Origin: Candidatus Kaiserbacteria bacterium
GTDB taxonomy: Bacteria; Patescibacteriota; Minisyncoccia; Phycocordibacterales; UBA2100
Assembly (NCBI GenBank): GCA_963767115.1
Contig: CAVYCR010000003.1
Span: forward strand, 27,559 to 91,558
Direction of reading: 5' to 3'
Length of the DNA stretch: 64,000 bases
Part shown: in pieces, positions 1 through 10,727 of the stretch
Numbering within the stretch: position 1 is the first letter of the stretch
Layout of the letters: each line of letters begins with the position of its first letter
The notes under the pieces: generated by a model
Seen by the model: only the letters and a program-made list of their open reading frames with translations
Told to the model about the DNA's origin: nothing
Database searches by the model: none
Program-made: the position numbers and the translations under genes

Positions 1-1536
1 CTCTTTGCGACCAAAGGCATCGACGCGCGCGCTGTCGAGATCGGCTCTGAAGCAGACGGCTACGAAAAAGGAATGGGCGCGGGACTTTTCGAAGACGGTA
101 CATCCATCATGGGCCGCATCTTTTTCTACAACGCCAAGAAAAACTGGTGGTCGCGCGCTGGAGTGCCCGAGAACATGCCTTCGGGAGAGCCCGGCGGACC
201 CGACAGCGAGGTCTTTTATGATTTCGGGACGCCTCATGACGAAAAGTTCGGCAAGCACTGCCATCCCAACTGCGATTGCGGCCGCTTCATGGAGATCGGC
301 AACTCCGTTTTCATGCAATATATCAAGAAAGAAGACGGTTCCTTCGTACTGCTTCCCAAGCAAAACGTAGATTTCGGCGGCGGCTTGGAGCGCATTACGG
401 CTGCATCCAATAATGACGCTGACGTTTTCACTATCGATGTGTTTCGGGAGATCATTCAACTCCTCGAGCATTTCTCGGGCAAAAAGTACGAAGGCGAACA
501 CAAGCGATCATTCCGCATCGTCGCCGACCACATGCGTGCTGCAACATTTATGCTTGCCGATGGCGTACGGCCCGGCAACAGCGCCCAAGGCTACGTATTG
601 CGCCGTTTGATCCGCCGCGCCGCCCAGCACGCACAGAAGCTCGGTGTGCAAAACGACTCCGGGAGTGAGAGTATGCTCAATCGTTGCGCGATCATCGTCA
701 TCGAGAAGTACAAAGGCGCATACTCGGAGCTTGGCGGCGAAGAAGCGTACCAGATGATAACGAGCGAGATCTGGAAGGAAGAGGTCCAGTTTGGTCACAC
801 TCTTGAGAAGGGCTTGAAAGAGTTCGAGAGAATAACAAAAAACAGTGAGCAAGGCGAAACCTTGCTCACGGGGGAGCAGGCGTTCACGCTCTTTACCACC
901 TATGGCTTTCCGTTTGAAATGACACGCGAAATCGCGATCGAAAAGGGGATTGCGGTCGACGAAGCCGCATTTCAGGAGTTGATGAAAAAGCACAGCGAAC
1001 TATCGCGTGCCGGTTCCGAACAAAAGTTCAAGGGAGGGCTTGCTGATCATTCCGAGAAGACGACGCGCTTGCATACGGCGCATCATCTTTTGTTACGTGC
1101 TTTGCAAAAAGTACTTGGCCCAGAAGTAAAGCAGCGCGGCAGCAACATCACCGCCGAGCGCCTGCGTATCGACTTCTCATACGGCGCCAAAATGACTCCG
1201 GAGCAGATCAAGCAGGTCGAAGAAATCGTCAACCAGAAAATCAGCGAGGCATTGCCGGTCATTCGCAGCACCTTGCCCAAAGAAGATGCCGAGAAGCTCG
1301 GCGCTGAGCACGAATTCGGCGCGAAGTATCCGGAGATGGTCTCGGTATATTCAGTAGGACCAAGTAGCGCGACGCCAGAAGATCCGCAATTCGACAAAGC
1401 GTTTTCGATAGAATTCTGCGGAGGTCCGCACGTGACAAACACGCGCGAGCTTTTTGCGGAGGCATCGCACTTCAAGATCCAGAAAGAAGAAGCAGTGGCA
1501 TCCGGCATCCGTCGTATCAAGGCGACACTTGTATAG
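1..1536 (+). CDS. alaS: alanine--tRNA ligase, C-terminal part (5' end lies outside the window)
   Basis: Frame 1 is open from nt 1 into track ORF 73..1536. AlaRS-like sequence with editing-domain motifs HTAHHLL (HxxxH) and EFCGGPHV (CxxxH). Confidence 0.9.
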   Translation, partial: LFATKGIDARAVEIGSEADGYEKGMGAGLFEDGTSIMGRIFFYNAKKNWWSRAGVPENMPSGEPGGPDSEVFYDFGTPHDEKFGKHCHPNCDCGRFMEIGNSVFMQYIKKEDGSFVLLPKQNVDFGGGLERITAASNNDADVFTIDVFREIIQLLEHFSGKKYEGEHKRSFRIVADHMRAATFMLADGVRPGNSAQGYVLRRLIRRAAQHAQKLGVQNDSGSESMLNRCAIIVIEKYKGAYSELGGEEAYQMITSEIWKEEVQFGHTLEKGLKEFERITKNSEQGETLLTGEQAFTLFTTYGFPFEMTREIAIEKGIAVDEAAFQELMKKHSELSRAGSEQKFKGGLADHSEKTTRLHTAHHLLLRALQKVLGPEVKQRGSNITAERLRIDFSYGAKMTPEQIKQVEEIVNQKISEALPVIRSTLPKEDAEKLGAEHEFGAKYPEMVSVYSVGPSSATPEDPQFDKAFSIEFCGGPHVTNTRELFAEASHFKIQKEEAVASGIRRIKATLV

Positions 1537-1547
1537 CAGTCTCTACT

Positions 1548-3359
1548 ATGAATGTTGCAGAACAGTTTCTTGCTAAGCTCAATACAGACTATCTCAAGCT
1601 GCATAAAACTTACGAAGAACTCTTTTGGATTTCGTACATGGGTGATCATTCGGTGGATGCGCGCAAAGACGACGCACTCTCTCGGCGCGACGCGTTTCGC
1701 GGTAACGCAGAACTCTTGCGGCAAGTACGCGAACTACTAAAGACGGCCAAACCTCAGGCCCAAAAGCGCCTTGCAATCTGGGCCGACTTCTTTGAACGTT
1801 ACCAATCGCCGCCGCATACACTTGAACTCAAGAGTCAGATAAGCGCGCTTGAGTCAGTAATCCTCGAGAAACGCTCAAGTAAAAAAGAAGGCTATGTCGA
1901 TCCCTATACCAAACAATTCGTAGAGGCGTCCTCGCTCAAGATGCGCACGCTTATCACGACTCATCCTGACGAGAAGACTCGCAAGGCATGCTTCGACGCA
2001 CGAGAGGGTCTTGCACTCGATCTATTGGATGAATACATAAAAATGATCAAGCTGCGCAACGAGTATGCCCGAGAGCTCGGCTACAGTGATTTCTATGATT
2101 TTAAGATCCGCCACGAAGACGGAATGACCACAAAGGAATTGTTCTCGCTTTTTGATTCTATATATGAGAAAACAAAATACGCGTTCAAGGACCTGCGGAA
2201 ACTGGAGCGCTCGATGCCAGGCCTTCGAAAACCATGGAACTTCAGCTACATGATGTCGGGTGACTTCACCAAAGAAGAAGATTCCTATTTCCAATTTGAT
2301 GAAGCACTTGACCGCTGGGGACGCTCCTTCGCGGCGCTCGGTATCGATTTCAAAGGCGGCACGCTGCAGCTTGACCTTCTCGATCGCAAAGGGAAATGGA
2401 ATAACGGATTCTGTCATTGGCCCGACCTGGTCCACTACGAGAGCAGCACAAGGATCGCAGGCAGTTCCAACTTCACCTGCAACGTAGTGCCCGGGCAGGT
2501 CGGCTCAGGCGTCTTGGGATACAACACGCTTTTCCACGAAGGCGGCCACGCCGCGCATTTCCTCAATGCCCAAGAGAAGGAGGTGGTGCTCAATCACGAG
2601 TACTCGCCGATGTCGATGTCATGGGCCGAGACGCACAGCATGTTTCTCGATACGCTTTTTTCAAGCATAGAATGGAAAACGCGCTATGCCAAAGATACAA
2701 ACGGCGCTCCGTACCCGTTTGAATTATTCGAACGTAAGGCGCTCAAACTGCAGACTCTGCGGCCACTTCGTTTCAACTCGATCATTTTTGTCGCAAACTT
2801 CGAGCGTGAAATATACGAGGCGAAGAAATTAACAAAAGAAAAGATACTCTTGATCGCGAAGAAGAATTATCGCAAGTACTACGATATGTCGGTCGATTCG
2901 CTCGCTGTACTCAATGTTCCTCATTTGTATACGTGGGAAAGTTCAGCTTCGTACCATGGCTACGGCCTCGCAGAGCTCGCGGTGTATCAGTGGCGCGATT
3001 ATTTTCATGAGAAATACGGCTTCATTGTGGATAACCCGCGCGTTGGCAGCGAGATGGCCAAGGTATGGAAGCTGGGCGGCGCTCATACGTTCAAAGAGTT
3101 TGTCGTACTTGCGACAGGGAAGGAATTATCAACGCGTGCGTACCTCAAAGAAATGACTCAATCGCACGCGCGGACAGTGCGTACTACTCGGGAGCGCCTC
3201 GCGCGCTTGGAGAAAGTGCCTCAGCAGAGCGCTCCCGTACGACTGAACGCAACTATTCGCATGGTTGAAGGCAAGAAAATAATCGCAAACAATAAGAAAA
3301 GTTTCGAAGATATGGCGGCAAAATACAAAGCTTGGGTGAGAGAACAATCTCGCGCCTAA
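1548..3359 (+). CDS. pepF: M3-family oligoendopeptidase F-like metallopeptidase
   Basis: 603 aa. Zinc motif FHEGGHAAH (HExxH) in a PepF-like context. Confidence 0.8.
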   Translation: MNVAEQFLAKLNTDYLKLHKTYEELFWISYMGDHSVDARKDDALSRRDAFRGNAELLRQVRELLKTAKPQAQKRLAIWADFFERYQSPPHTLELKSQISALESVILEKRSSKKEGYVDPYTKQFVEASSLKMRTLITTHPDEKTRKACFDAREGLALDLLDEYIKMIKLRNEYARELGYSDFYDFKIRHEDGMTTKELFSLFDSIYEKTKYAFKDLRKLERSMPGLRKPWNFSYMMSGDFTKEEDSYFQFDEALDRWGRSFAALGIDFKGGTLQLDLLDRKGKWNNGFCHWPDLVHYESSTRIAGSSNFTCNVVPGQVGSGVLGYNTLFHEGGHAAHFLNAQEKEVVLNHEYSPMSMSWAETHSMFLDTLFSSIEWKTRYAKDTNGAPYPFELFERKALKLQTLRPLRFNSIIFVANFEREIYEAKKLTKEKILLIAKKNYRKYYDMSVDSLAVLNVPHLYTWESSASYHGYGLAELAVYQWRDYFHEKYGFIVDNPRVGSEMAKVWKLGGAHTFKEFVVLATGKELSTRAYLKEMTQSHARTVRTTRERLARLEKVPQQSAPVRLNATIRMVEGKKIIANNKKSFEDMAAKYKAWVREQSRA

Positions 3360-3388
3360 GCTTGGTTTGTTTGGTATATAATGAAACG

Positions 3389-4540
3389 ATGTTCGGAAAG
3401 AAATCCGGCGGTGAGCGTGTCGTTGCCGTTGCAGATATCGGCAGCGGGAGCGCTGCGCTCGCGCTCGTCTCGATGGTACCGGAGAGTCCTGGGAAGATTC
3501 TTTTTGCATCGCGCGCCGTTTTGCCATATGAGAATCGCTCCGACGATGCCGCAGTAAAGGCCATCATCGCCAACCTCGATACAGCAGCACAAAAAGTACT
3601 TGCTGAGTATACGGCAAGTGTTGAGGGCAAGAGCCCGATTGTCGGAGCCTATGCGATCATCCGTGCTCCTTGGACGCATTCAAAGACGTTGCGCGCTGAG
3701 TCGAAGCTCGAAGCGCAGAGTAAAATCACTGAGAAGATGATAGGCGAACTCGCACAGCAAGCCCTCGCCCAAGACAAAGAGTTCGACCGACAAAACCTGC
3801 TCGAAGCGAGCGTTATACGCGTAGAGCTTAATGGCTATGCGACCGGCACTCCGATCGGCAAGGTCGCACATACGGTTTCTGTCGCCGCACTCATGAGTGA
3901 ATGCGACCAGGGTATACAAGCAGGCGTCACGGAAATTCTCCGGAAAATAGCGCCACAGGCAACCCCGATGCTGCTCTCTGGGACACGTGCGCTGCTTTCT
4001 CTCACACAGGAATTGCCGTCGATTGCGCCGGAATACGTCATTGTTGACACCTCGGGCGAGGGAACGAGTATCGTGTGCGTGCGCGACGGCCTCGCTGAAT
4101 CATACGCAGTCATACCCGAGGGTATGCGCGCGATACTGACGCGCTTTTCTGAGAAAGGTCTGCCCGAAGAAACACTTTCGCTCATGCGCATGCTTGAACG
4201 CGACGAGTGTAATACCGAAGCTTGCAAATCACTTATCGATTCGATCGGCCGCGTCGAACCGGATCTCGCACGAGTCTTCGGCGACGCGATGATCAAGATT
4301 GCTTCACCGCGTAGATTGCCCGTACAAATGATCCTGCTCGCACAGGCTGATTTCGCGCCGTGGCTCTCACGCTTTTTCTCGCGCATCGACTTCACGCAGT
4401 TCACACAAGCGTCGCAACCTTTCTCCGTGTATCCGTTATCGAGAAAGGATTTTGAACGTTTCGTCTCTGACAGCAAGGCGCTCGCTGATACTCAGCTCTC
4501 GATCGCGTGTGCACTTGTCAACAGCAAGATTAACGATTAA
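3389..4540 (+). CDS. hypothetical protein with actin-like ATPase (ASKHA; FtsA/PilM-like) motifs
   Basis: Internal ATG at 3389 avoids overlap with pepF. VAVADIGSGS and VIVDTSGEGTS resemble the phosphate-1 and phosphate-2 motifs of sugar-kinase/actin-fold ATPases. Confidence 0.45.
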   Translation: MFGKKSGGERVVAVADIGSGSAALALVSMVPESPGKILFASRAVLPYENRSDDAAVKAIIANLDTAAQKVLAEYTASVEGKSPIVGAYAIIRAPWTHSKTLRAESKLEAQSKITEKMIGELAQQALAQDKEFDRQNLLEASVIRVELNGYATGTPIGKVAHTVSVAALMSECDQGIQAGVTEILRKIAPQATPMLLSGTRALLSLTQELPSIAPEYVIVDTSGEGTSIVCVRDGLAESYAVIPEGMRAILTRFSEKGLPEETLSLMRMLERDECNTEACKSLIDSIGRVEPDLARVFGDAMIKIASPRRLPVQMILLAQADFAPWLSRFFSRIDFTQFTQASQPFSVYPLSRKDFERFVSDSKALADTQLSIACALVNSKIND

Positions 4541-4575
4541 CAAAATCTGTATGGTAGGTGATATAATATCTCCGC

Positions 4576-6168
4576 ATGGCCAAAGACTATTTCCAAGACA
4601 TTGTGCCGCCCGGTGAACCGAGCCCTAAGTCGAAGGCAGCGAGGTCGCGCATCGTGCGGCCAGTCGCTAAAAAGCATGTTCGCACTGTGACGGCAAAAAC
4701 ACCTGAGCCGGAACCAAAGATTGTTGATAGCTACACAGATGCTGACGATGAGGACACTATCGGTACCGTCTCCAATAAATCATCAGAGAACGATCACCGC
4801 CAATTCAACGTAGAGGAGCCGCTCGTCCAAGAAGCGCCGCGCGGTATCCGCAGTATCAACGTCAACCCTACTCGGCCGACTCGTTCTCGTATCGATACAC
4901 CGGAAGTGCGCGAATATCCTACATTTAATAATAGCCCACGTCCGTTGCCGCCGCGCCCGAACGCAGAGCGGTCACGGCTGTGGATCTGGATCGTTGCCGC
5001 GGTGTGCATAGTAGTCTTGATCGGCATCGCACTGGTCGCTTTTCGCTCGACGACGGTCACCGTCACGCCGCGTGAGCAAGACATCACCTTCGATCAATCC
5101 GCACAATTCATCGCATACCCGGCTGCGAGCGCCGCCTCCGGCACGCTTGCGTATACGGTCGCGACGACCAACCTCTCTGCTTCAGAGAGTGCTGCCGGGC
5201 AGGGGACTACCCATGTCGACAGTAAGGCGAGTGGCACGATCACTGTCTACAACAATTACTCGGCTTCCAGCGTGAAGCTCGTAGCAAGCACTCGCTTCGC
5301 AAGCTCAGGCGGCCTTATTTTCCGTACACCCGCGACCGTTGTCATTCCGGGCAAATCAGGCTCAACACCGGGACAAGTTTCCATAACTGTTTTTGCAGAC
5401 CAGGCTGGCTCGCAATATGACGTGGCTCCGGGCAAATTCACCGTACCGGGCCTTCAGTCGACGCCAGCAATGTATGCAGGTATCTATGCGCAATCAACCT
5501 CCGCCATGAGCGGTGGTTTCTCAGGCAACGAAAACGGCGTTTCCGATACACAGCGTGCCGCCGCGGTTGCTGATCTTCGTGCGCAGTTGCAGGAGCAAGC
5601 GGCGCAATACGCAGCCTCGCTTCAAAATGCATCTACCACAGCGTTTGCTTCGCTTGCCCAAGTGGCTTATCAAGACATGCCGGATACGGAAGTCTCAAGC
5701 AGCTCCGTCGGTATCAACGAAAGCGCAACGGTGAGCATACCTGTCTTTGCGGCCTCTGACCTAGCATCAACCGTTGCATTTGCCCAAAATATCACCACCA
5801 GCGGCTCCTCGATCACTCTGGTAGCTGGCCATGGTTATGGCGCAGAGCTTACGAGTGCGTCCTCGACGGTCTTGGGCACTGATCCTGTTGATTTCTCTCT
5901 TGTGGGAAGCGCTAGCCTCGTCTGGCAGATCGATCAAAGCCAACTAGCCTCCGCGCTCGCCGGCAAGAATCAATCAGCGTTTCAGAGCATAATCGCCGGG
6001 TTCCCGGGTATTCAGAGCGCACATGCCCGTATAGAGCCATTCTGGAGCCAAACCTTCCCAAGCAACCCTTCTAGTATCAAAATCACGGTTCTGGCCCCTC
6101 AATCAGGCAATTCTGGGAGCCCAGCTCCGAATTCAACCTCTTCATCAGGCTCGGCAAGCGGCCAGTAG
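4576..6168 (+). CDS. single-pass membrane protein: disordered basic N-terminus, large Ser/Ala/Thr-rich ectodomain
   Basis: 530-aa ORF with one hydrophobic helix (LWIWIVAAVCIVVLIGIALVAF). No recognisable catalytic motif. Confidence 0.55.
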   Translation: MAKDYFQDIVPPGEPSPKSKAARSRIVRPVAKKHVRTVTAKTPEPEPKIVDSYTDADDEDTIGTVSNKSSENDHRQFNVEEPLVQEAPRGIRSINVNPTRPTRSRIDTPEVREYPTFNNSPRPLPPRPNAERSRLWIWIVAAVCIVVLIGIALVAFRSTTVTVTPREQDITFDQSAQFIAYPAASAASGTLAYTVATTNLSASESAAGQGTTHVDSKASGTITVYNNYSASSVKLVASTRFASSGGLIFRTPATVVIPGKSGSTPGQVSITVFADQAGSQYDVAPGKFTVPGLQSTPAMYAGIYAQSTSAMSGGFSGNENGVSDTQRAAAVADLRAQLQEQAAQYAASLQNASTTAFASLAQVAYQDMPDTEVSSSSVGINESATVSIPVFAASDLASTVAFAQNITTSGSSITLVAGHGYGAELTSASSTVLGTDPVDFSLVGSASLVWQIDQSQLASALAGKNQSAFQSIIAGFPGIQSAHARIEPFWSQTFPSNPSSIKITVLAPQSGNSGSPAPNSTSSSGSASGQ

Positions 6169-6211
6169 CTTGACTCTCGGATGGCTTTTTGTTATTCTTC
6201 GGCGCGCAGAT

Positions 6212-6418
6212 ATGGCTGAACCAGTGGTTGTAGAAGGAGTCGTGGATGAAGCACTCCCCAACACCCTTTTTCGCGTTAAGATTGCTTCCGGAGAAACGGT
6301 ACTCGCGTATCTCGCAGGGAAAATGCGTCTGCATCGTATCAAGGTTCTCGTGGGTGACCGCGTACAAGTCCAGTTGGATCCGTATGGTGGTCGGGCGCGC
6401 ATCACGCGCAGAAGTTAA
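6212..6418 (+). CDS. infA: translation initiation factor IF-1
   Basis: S1-like IF-1 sequence ([44 protein letters not shown]). Start moved to ATG 6212. Confidence 0.9.
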   Translation: MAEPVVVEGVVDEALPNTLFRVKIASGETVLAYLAGKMRLHRIKVLVGDRVQVQLDPYGGRARITRRS

Positions 6419-6446
6419 GCACAATCAACAACAACCAACAATTTGC

Positions 6447-6560
6447 ATGAAAGTCAAAGCTTCAGTTAAAAAGATCTGCATGCACTGCCGCCACGTAAGG
6501 CGCCGTGGTGCTCTGCGTGTCATTTGTTCCAACCCGCGTCACAAGCAGCGACAAGGCTAA
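6447..6560 (+). CDS. rpmJ: 50S ribosomal protein L36
   Basis: [37 protein letters not shown], 37 aa, inside track ORF 6246..6560. Confidence 0.9.
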   Translation: MKVKASVKKICMHCRHVRRRGALRVICSNPRHKQRQG

Positions 6561-6585
6561 TCCTCGATCATCTTTTCTATTTACC

Positions 6586-6969
6586 ATGTTGCGTATTTCC
6601 GGCATTACCATTCCTGAAGACAAGCGCCTTGAGATCGGCCTCACGGCGGTCTACGGCGTCGGCCGCCCGCGTGCCCTTTCAGTACTGGCGAGCCTAGGTA
6701 TCGAAGCTGGCAAGCGTCCCAACGATCTCACGTCGGTCCAAGAATCGTCTTTGCGCGAAGCGATCGAGAAGTTCACGGTCGAAGGCGAGCTCAAACGCGA
6801 GATCAGCTCCAACATCCGCCGTCTCAAAGACATCAAATCGTTCCGGGGTTCTCGCCATATCAAGCGGCTGCCGGCGCGCGGCCAGCGTTCCAAGACCAAC
6901 TCCCGCACCGTACGCGGCAACGTGCGCAAGACCATGACGAGCGGCCGCCGTAAGCTCGAGAAGACATAA
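6586..6969 (+). CDS. rpsM: 30S ribosomal protein S13
   Basis: MLRISGITIPEDKRLEIGLTAVYGVGRPRA... Start at ATG 6586 within track ORF 6505..6969. Confidence 0.92.
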   Translation: MLRISGITIPEDKRLEIGLTAVYGVGRPRALSVLASLGIEAGKRPNDLTSVQESSLREAIEKFTVEGELKREISSNIRRLKDIKSFRGSRHIKRLPARGQRSKTNSRTVRGNVRKTMTSGRRKLEKT

Positions 6970-6986
6970 TGATAAAATCAAAAATA

Positions 6987-7044
6987 AAATCTCAAATCTC
7001 AAAACTAAATAGAGAAACGGATTTGAGATTTGAATTTTGAGATG
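6987..7044. repeat. AT-rich heptad repeat / imperfect inverted repeat (AAATCTC units and the complement GATTTGAGATTTGA)
   Basis: Spacer between rpsM and rpsK. aaaatctcaaatctcaaaac ... ggatttgagatttgaattttgagatg. Confidence 0.7.
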
Positions 7045-7059
7045 TAAATTTGTAAACCT

Positions 7060-7494
7060 ATGGGAAAAAAACGAATCATTCGAAAATCAGGAGGAACAGT
7101 AGACGCCGGCATGAAGTCGCGCGCGCTTGCACGTGTGGCCAAAAAGAACATTACGGCAGGTACTTTGCATATTCATGCGACCTACAACAACACCAAGGTC
7201 CTGCTTGCCGACAAGGGAGGCAACACCATCGCGTGGTCTTCTTCGGGAGCATTGGGATTCTCAGGGGCTAAAAAGGGCACGCCGTTTGCAGCCGCTAAGG
7301 TCGGAGAGCTTGTAGGCGACAAGGCAAACATCATCGGTATGAAGGAGGTCGAGGTAATCATTCGCGGCGTAGGCTCGGGTCGTGAGTCGGCGCTCCGCGC
7401 TTTTGCAGGCAAGGGCATCGACATCATGCGTATCGCTGATGACACCCCGGTCCCACACAACGGTCCGCGTGCTCCCAAGCCCCGAAGAATCTAA
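7060..7494 (+). CDS. rpsK: 30S ribosomal protein S11
   Basis: 144-aa S11-like sequence (LHIHATYNNTKVLLADKGGNTIAWSSSG...). Confidence 0.92.
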   Translation: MGKKRIIRKSGGTVDAGMKSRALARVAKKNITAGTLHIHATYNNTKVLLADKGGNTIAWSSSGALGFSGAKKGTPFAAAKVGELVGDKANIIGMKEVEVIIRGVGSGRESALRAFAGKGIDIMRIADDTPVPHNGPRAPKPRRI

Positions 7495-7500
7495 AAGGTC

Positions 7501-7587
7501 AAATCTAAAATCTCAAAACTATGTTACAAACTTTTTCAAAATATATTAGCTTCTCAATTAGATTTGAGATTTAACTTTTGAGATTTA
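7501..7587. repeat. second copy of the AAATCTN heptad / inverted-repeat spacer element
   Basis: aaatcta aaatctc aaaacta ... gatttgagatttaacttttgagattt, between rpsK and rpsD. Confidence 0.7.
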
Positions 7588-7597
7588 AAATATTTTT

Positions 7598-8209
7598 ATG
7601 TTGCTCGTAAAATCAAAATACAAGATCGCGAAGCGTCTCGGTGCGGGAGTCTTCGAGAAGACCCAGTCGCAAAAGTTCGCACTCTCCGAGGCGCGCTCCA
7701 GCAAGCGTAAACCCCGTGGTCGCGGCGGGTCTGACTACGGTCGCCAGCTCCTGGAGAAACAGAAGGTCCGTTATACCTACGGCCTTTCCGAGCGCCAGCT
7801 TTCGAACTATGCGCACGCCGCCTTCGAGGAGAAGGATCCTTCGGTCGCGCTTAATACTGCCCTTGAGATGCGAGCCGACAACGCTATCTATCGCGCAGGT
7901 CTTGCCTCGAGTCGTCGCGCCGGCCGCCAGATCGTCTCGCACGGCCACATCTTGGTCAACGGCACGCGCATCAAGAGCCCCTCATATGCGGTCAAAATTG
8001 GCGATGTAATTACCGTGCGACAGGGGAGTATTCAGAGTCCGCTTTTTGCTGGCCTCGCTGATCGCAATCCTGAATCCATGCGTGCCGTACCCAAGTGGCT
8101 CGATTTCAATGTCTCTACGCTTCGTGTAGAGGTCAAAGAGATGCCGACCTATGACGGTACCCTCGGCGGGTTGGATTATGCGACGGTATTTGAGTTTTAC
8201 AGTAGATAA
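7598..8209 (+). CDS. rpsD: 30S ribosomal protein S4
   Basis: 203-aa S4-like sequence with a C-terminal S4 RNA-binding domain. Confidence 0.92.
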   Translation: MLLVKSKYKIAKRLGAGVFEKTQSQKFALSEARSSKRKPRGRGGSDYGRQLLEKQKVRYTYGLSERQLSNYAHAAFEEKDPSVALNTALEMRADNAIYRAGLASSRRAGRQIVSHGHILVNGTRIKSPSYAVKIGDVITVRQGSIQSPLFAGLADRNPESMRAVPKWLDFNVSTLRVEVKEMPTYDGTLGGLDYATVFEFYSR

Positions 8210-8289
8210 TGTATAATCCGTTCCAATTTCATCTTTTTATCAGCAGTATTTGTCTTTTGCGCGTCACTAGCTAAATAATTAATCATCCT

Positions 8290-9262
8290 ATGTCCGACTA
8301 TCATATCGCACTTCCTAGCAAGCCCCGTGTCGTCTCGGAAACCGAGCGCAGCGGCGTCTATGAGATCGACGGCCTCTACCCGGGATACGGCAATACCCTC
8401 GGCAACTCGCTTCGCCGCATCATCCTCTCATCGCTTCCGGGCGCTGCTGTCACGCATGTAAAGATCCCGGGCGTGCCTCACGAGTTTTCCACGATCGAGG
8501 GCGTCAAAGAGGACGTCGTCACGATCCTTCTCAACATTCGCAAGATCCGCTTCCAGCTCCTCACCGACGAGCCGCAGACCATCACGCTCTCGGTGAAGGG
8601 CCCGAAGGAGGTCACTGCTGCCGACCTTAAGCTTCCCGGCCAAGTCGAAGTACTCAACCCTGAGCAGGTGATTGCCGAAGTAACCGGCAAGGTCAACTTC
8701 GAACTCGAGCTTCGCGCCGAGCGTGGCTTGGGTTACATCCCCAAGGAAGAGCACCAGAAGGAGCGTGTCGATATCGGCACCATCGCGATCGATGCGATCT
8801 TCTGCCCGATCCGCCGCGCCAACTACGAAGTCGAAAACATGCGCGTCGGCGACCGCACCAACTTCAATCGCCTGCGCATCATGATCGAGACTGACGGCAC
8901 GCTTCGCGCCGCGCGAAGCGCTTGAAAAGTCCATCGAGACGATGATCCACCAGCTCAAGGCCGTCGTCGGTTTCAAGGAAGAGGAAGTCGAGGAATCTAG
9001 CGCACAGGTCACTGATACGCGCATGACGCGCGAGGAGAAGGCCGCTCCGATGGACGCTGAAATGCTCAAGACCCGCATCACCGAGCTACAGCTCCCGCAG
9101 CGCGTCGAGCAGGCTCTCGACAATGCGTCGATCCGCACGGTCGGCGGTTTGGTCCGCAAGCGCGAGGACGATCTCCTTGCGATCGAAGGCCTCGGCCAGA
9201 AGGGTTTGCAGGATATCAAGCGCTCACTCTCCAACCTCGGTCTTACGCTGCGCTCGCAATAA
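8290..9262 (+). CDS. rpoA: DNA-directed RNA polymerase alpha subunit, interrupted by a +1 frameshift near 8905-8908
   Basis: Track ORF 8290..8925 is the alpha NTD (ends ...IETDGTLRAARSA*). The +1 frame, open from 8885, reads PREALEKSIETMIHQLKAV... and continues as the alpha CTD to 9262. Confidence 0.85.
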
Positions 9263-9288
9263 TTCAAATCCGAACTCGATATAATCTT

Positions 9289-9654
9289 ATGAAGCATCAC
9301 AAGGCAGGCCGCACACTAGGACGCAAGAAGGGGCAGCGCACCGCGCTCCTGCGCTCTTTGGCGCGCTCGCTTGTCTTGCAGGAAGGCATCGTAACGACCA
9401 TCGCGAAGGCGAAAGAATTGCGCCCGTTCGTCGAGCGCCTCGTGACCGCGAGCAAAGCCAATACTCCTGCTTCGCAGCGCCTCGTCTCTGCTCGCCTTGG
9501 CTCTGCACCTGATGCGGTCAAGAAGCTCCACAGTGACATCGCACAGCGCTACGCGACGAGAAACGGCGGATATACGCGCATCATTCGCCTCGGCAAGATC
9601 GGCAAGCAGGCTACCGAGTCAGCTCGTATCGAATTTGTCTCACAAGAAAAATAA
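9289..9654 (+). CDS. rplQ: 50S ribosomal protein L17
   Basis: MKHHKAGRTLGRKKGQRTALLRSLARSLV... is a typical L17 N-terminus. Confidence 0.92.
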   Translation: MKHHKAGRTLGRKKGQRTALLRSLARSLVLQEGIVTTIAKAKELRPFVERLVTASKANTPASQRLVSARLGSAPDAVKKLHSDIAQRYATRNGGYTRIIRLGKIGKQATESARIEFVSQEK

Positions 9655-9664
9655 CTGATTTATT

Positions 9665-10033
9665 ATGGAAAAGAAAACTACACATACTATTGATGCTGCA
9701 GGTAAGCCGCTGGGCCGCGTTGCTTCAGAAGCCGCGAAGGCTCTGATGGGCAAGATGGGCTCCGACTACACGCCGCACATCCGCTCTGAGGTAAAGGTAA
9801 CTATCACCAACGCTGGCAAGCTTACGATACGCGAGAAAAAGTCGGTGCATACGAAGTTCACGCGCTATACTGGTTATCCGGGCGGCCTCAAGATAGAATC
9901 CTTGCAGCAGCTCAACGCGCGCAAGCCGGGCGAATCATTGCGACGTGCTATCGAACGTATGCTCCCGCGCAACACGATGCGCACGGCGCGTCTCAAGAAC
10001 CTCACTATTTCACCAATAATGTATGGCAACTAA
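9665..10033 (+). CDS. rplM: 50S ribosomal protein L13
   Basis: 122-aa L13-like sequence ([14 protein letters not shown]..., YTGYPGGLK). Confidence 0.9.
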   Translation: MEKKTTHTIDAAGKPLGRVASEAAKALMGKMGSDYTPHIRSEVKVTITNAGKLTIREKKSVHTKFTRYTGYPGGLKIESLQQLNARKPGESLRRAIERMLPRNTMRTARLKNLTISPIMYGN

Positions 10034-10418
10034 ATCTACCTATACAGAAGCAGTCGGACGCCGCAAGACCGCGAGTGCACGCGTACGCATTACCCCTGCC
10101 AAGAGTTCGACCATGACGGTCAATGGCAAAGATGCGCAGGACTATTTCCCGCTTGAGGGAATGGTGAAGACTGCATTTGCTCCTATGGCCACACTCGGAG
10201 CCACCTATGCTGTCACGGTGAAGGTACAGGGCGGAGGCCACAAGGCGCAAGCCGAAGCAGTACGACATGGCATCTCGCGCGCAATGATCGCAATCGTCCC
10301 CGAGCAGCGCAAGGACCTCAAGGTCAAAGGGTATCTCAAGCGCGATCCGCGTGCGAAGGAGCGCAAGAAGTTCGGCCTCAAAGGTGCGCGCCGTGCTCCG
10401 CAGTGGTCGAAGCGCTAA
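10023..10418 (+). CDS. rpsI: 30S ribosomal protein S9
   Basis: 131 aa. [12 protein letters not shown]... and C-terminal ...[17 protein letters not shown]. Confidence 0.92.
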   Translation: MATKSTYTEAVGRRKTASARVRITPAKSSTMTVNGKDAQDYFPLEGMVKTAFAPMATLGATYAVTVKVQGGGHKAQAEAVRHGISRAMIAIVPEQRKDLKVKGYLKRDPRAKERKKFGLKGARRAPQWSKR

Positions 10419-10421
10419 GCT

Positions 10422-10688
10422 ATGCATAAGCGGCCGACTGTTGTCGCAATTGCAAATTATTTTCTACCTGGTTCGGGATACATACTTCTTGGAAAGAGAG
10501 GTTTATTCGGTTGGATCTTGCTACTTGGTGTCGCTGTTCAAGCGACGCAGCTGATAATAGACCCGCTTCCATATTACGGGATTGTGTATGGCCATTCTCC
10601 GATAAGTATTACTCTTGGCTTCTTAGCAATTTTCATCCTCCAAGTTGCATTCGCATACGACGCTTATCGACTGGCAAAAGGTCATTGA
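10422..10688 (+). CDS. small membrane protein (2-3 predicted TM helices)
   Basis: 88-aa hydrophobic ORF, tightly packed after rpsI. Confidence 0.5.
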   Translation: MHKRPTVVAIANYFLPGSGYILLGKRGLFGWILLLGVAVQATQLIIDPLPYYGIVYGHSPISITLGFLAIFILQVAFAYDAYRLAKGH

Positions 10689-10727
10689 ATATTGTCTCAG
10701 CAACAATTCATTTGCTATACTCGCCGT

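Noticed and set aside
5-370. 121-aa ORF at the window start
   Set aside because: It lies in an alternative frame of the alaS coding region. The AlaRS frame is open from nt 1 and clearly homologous.
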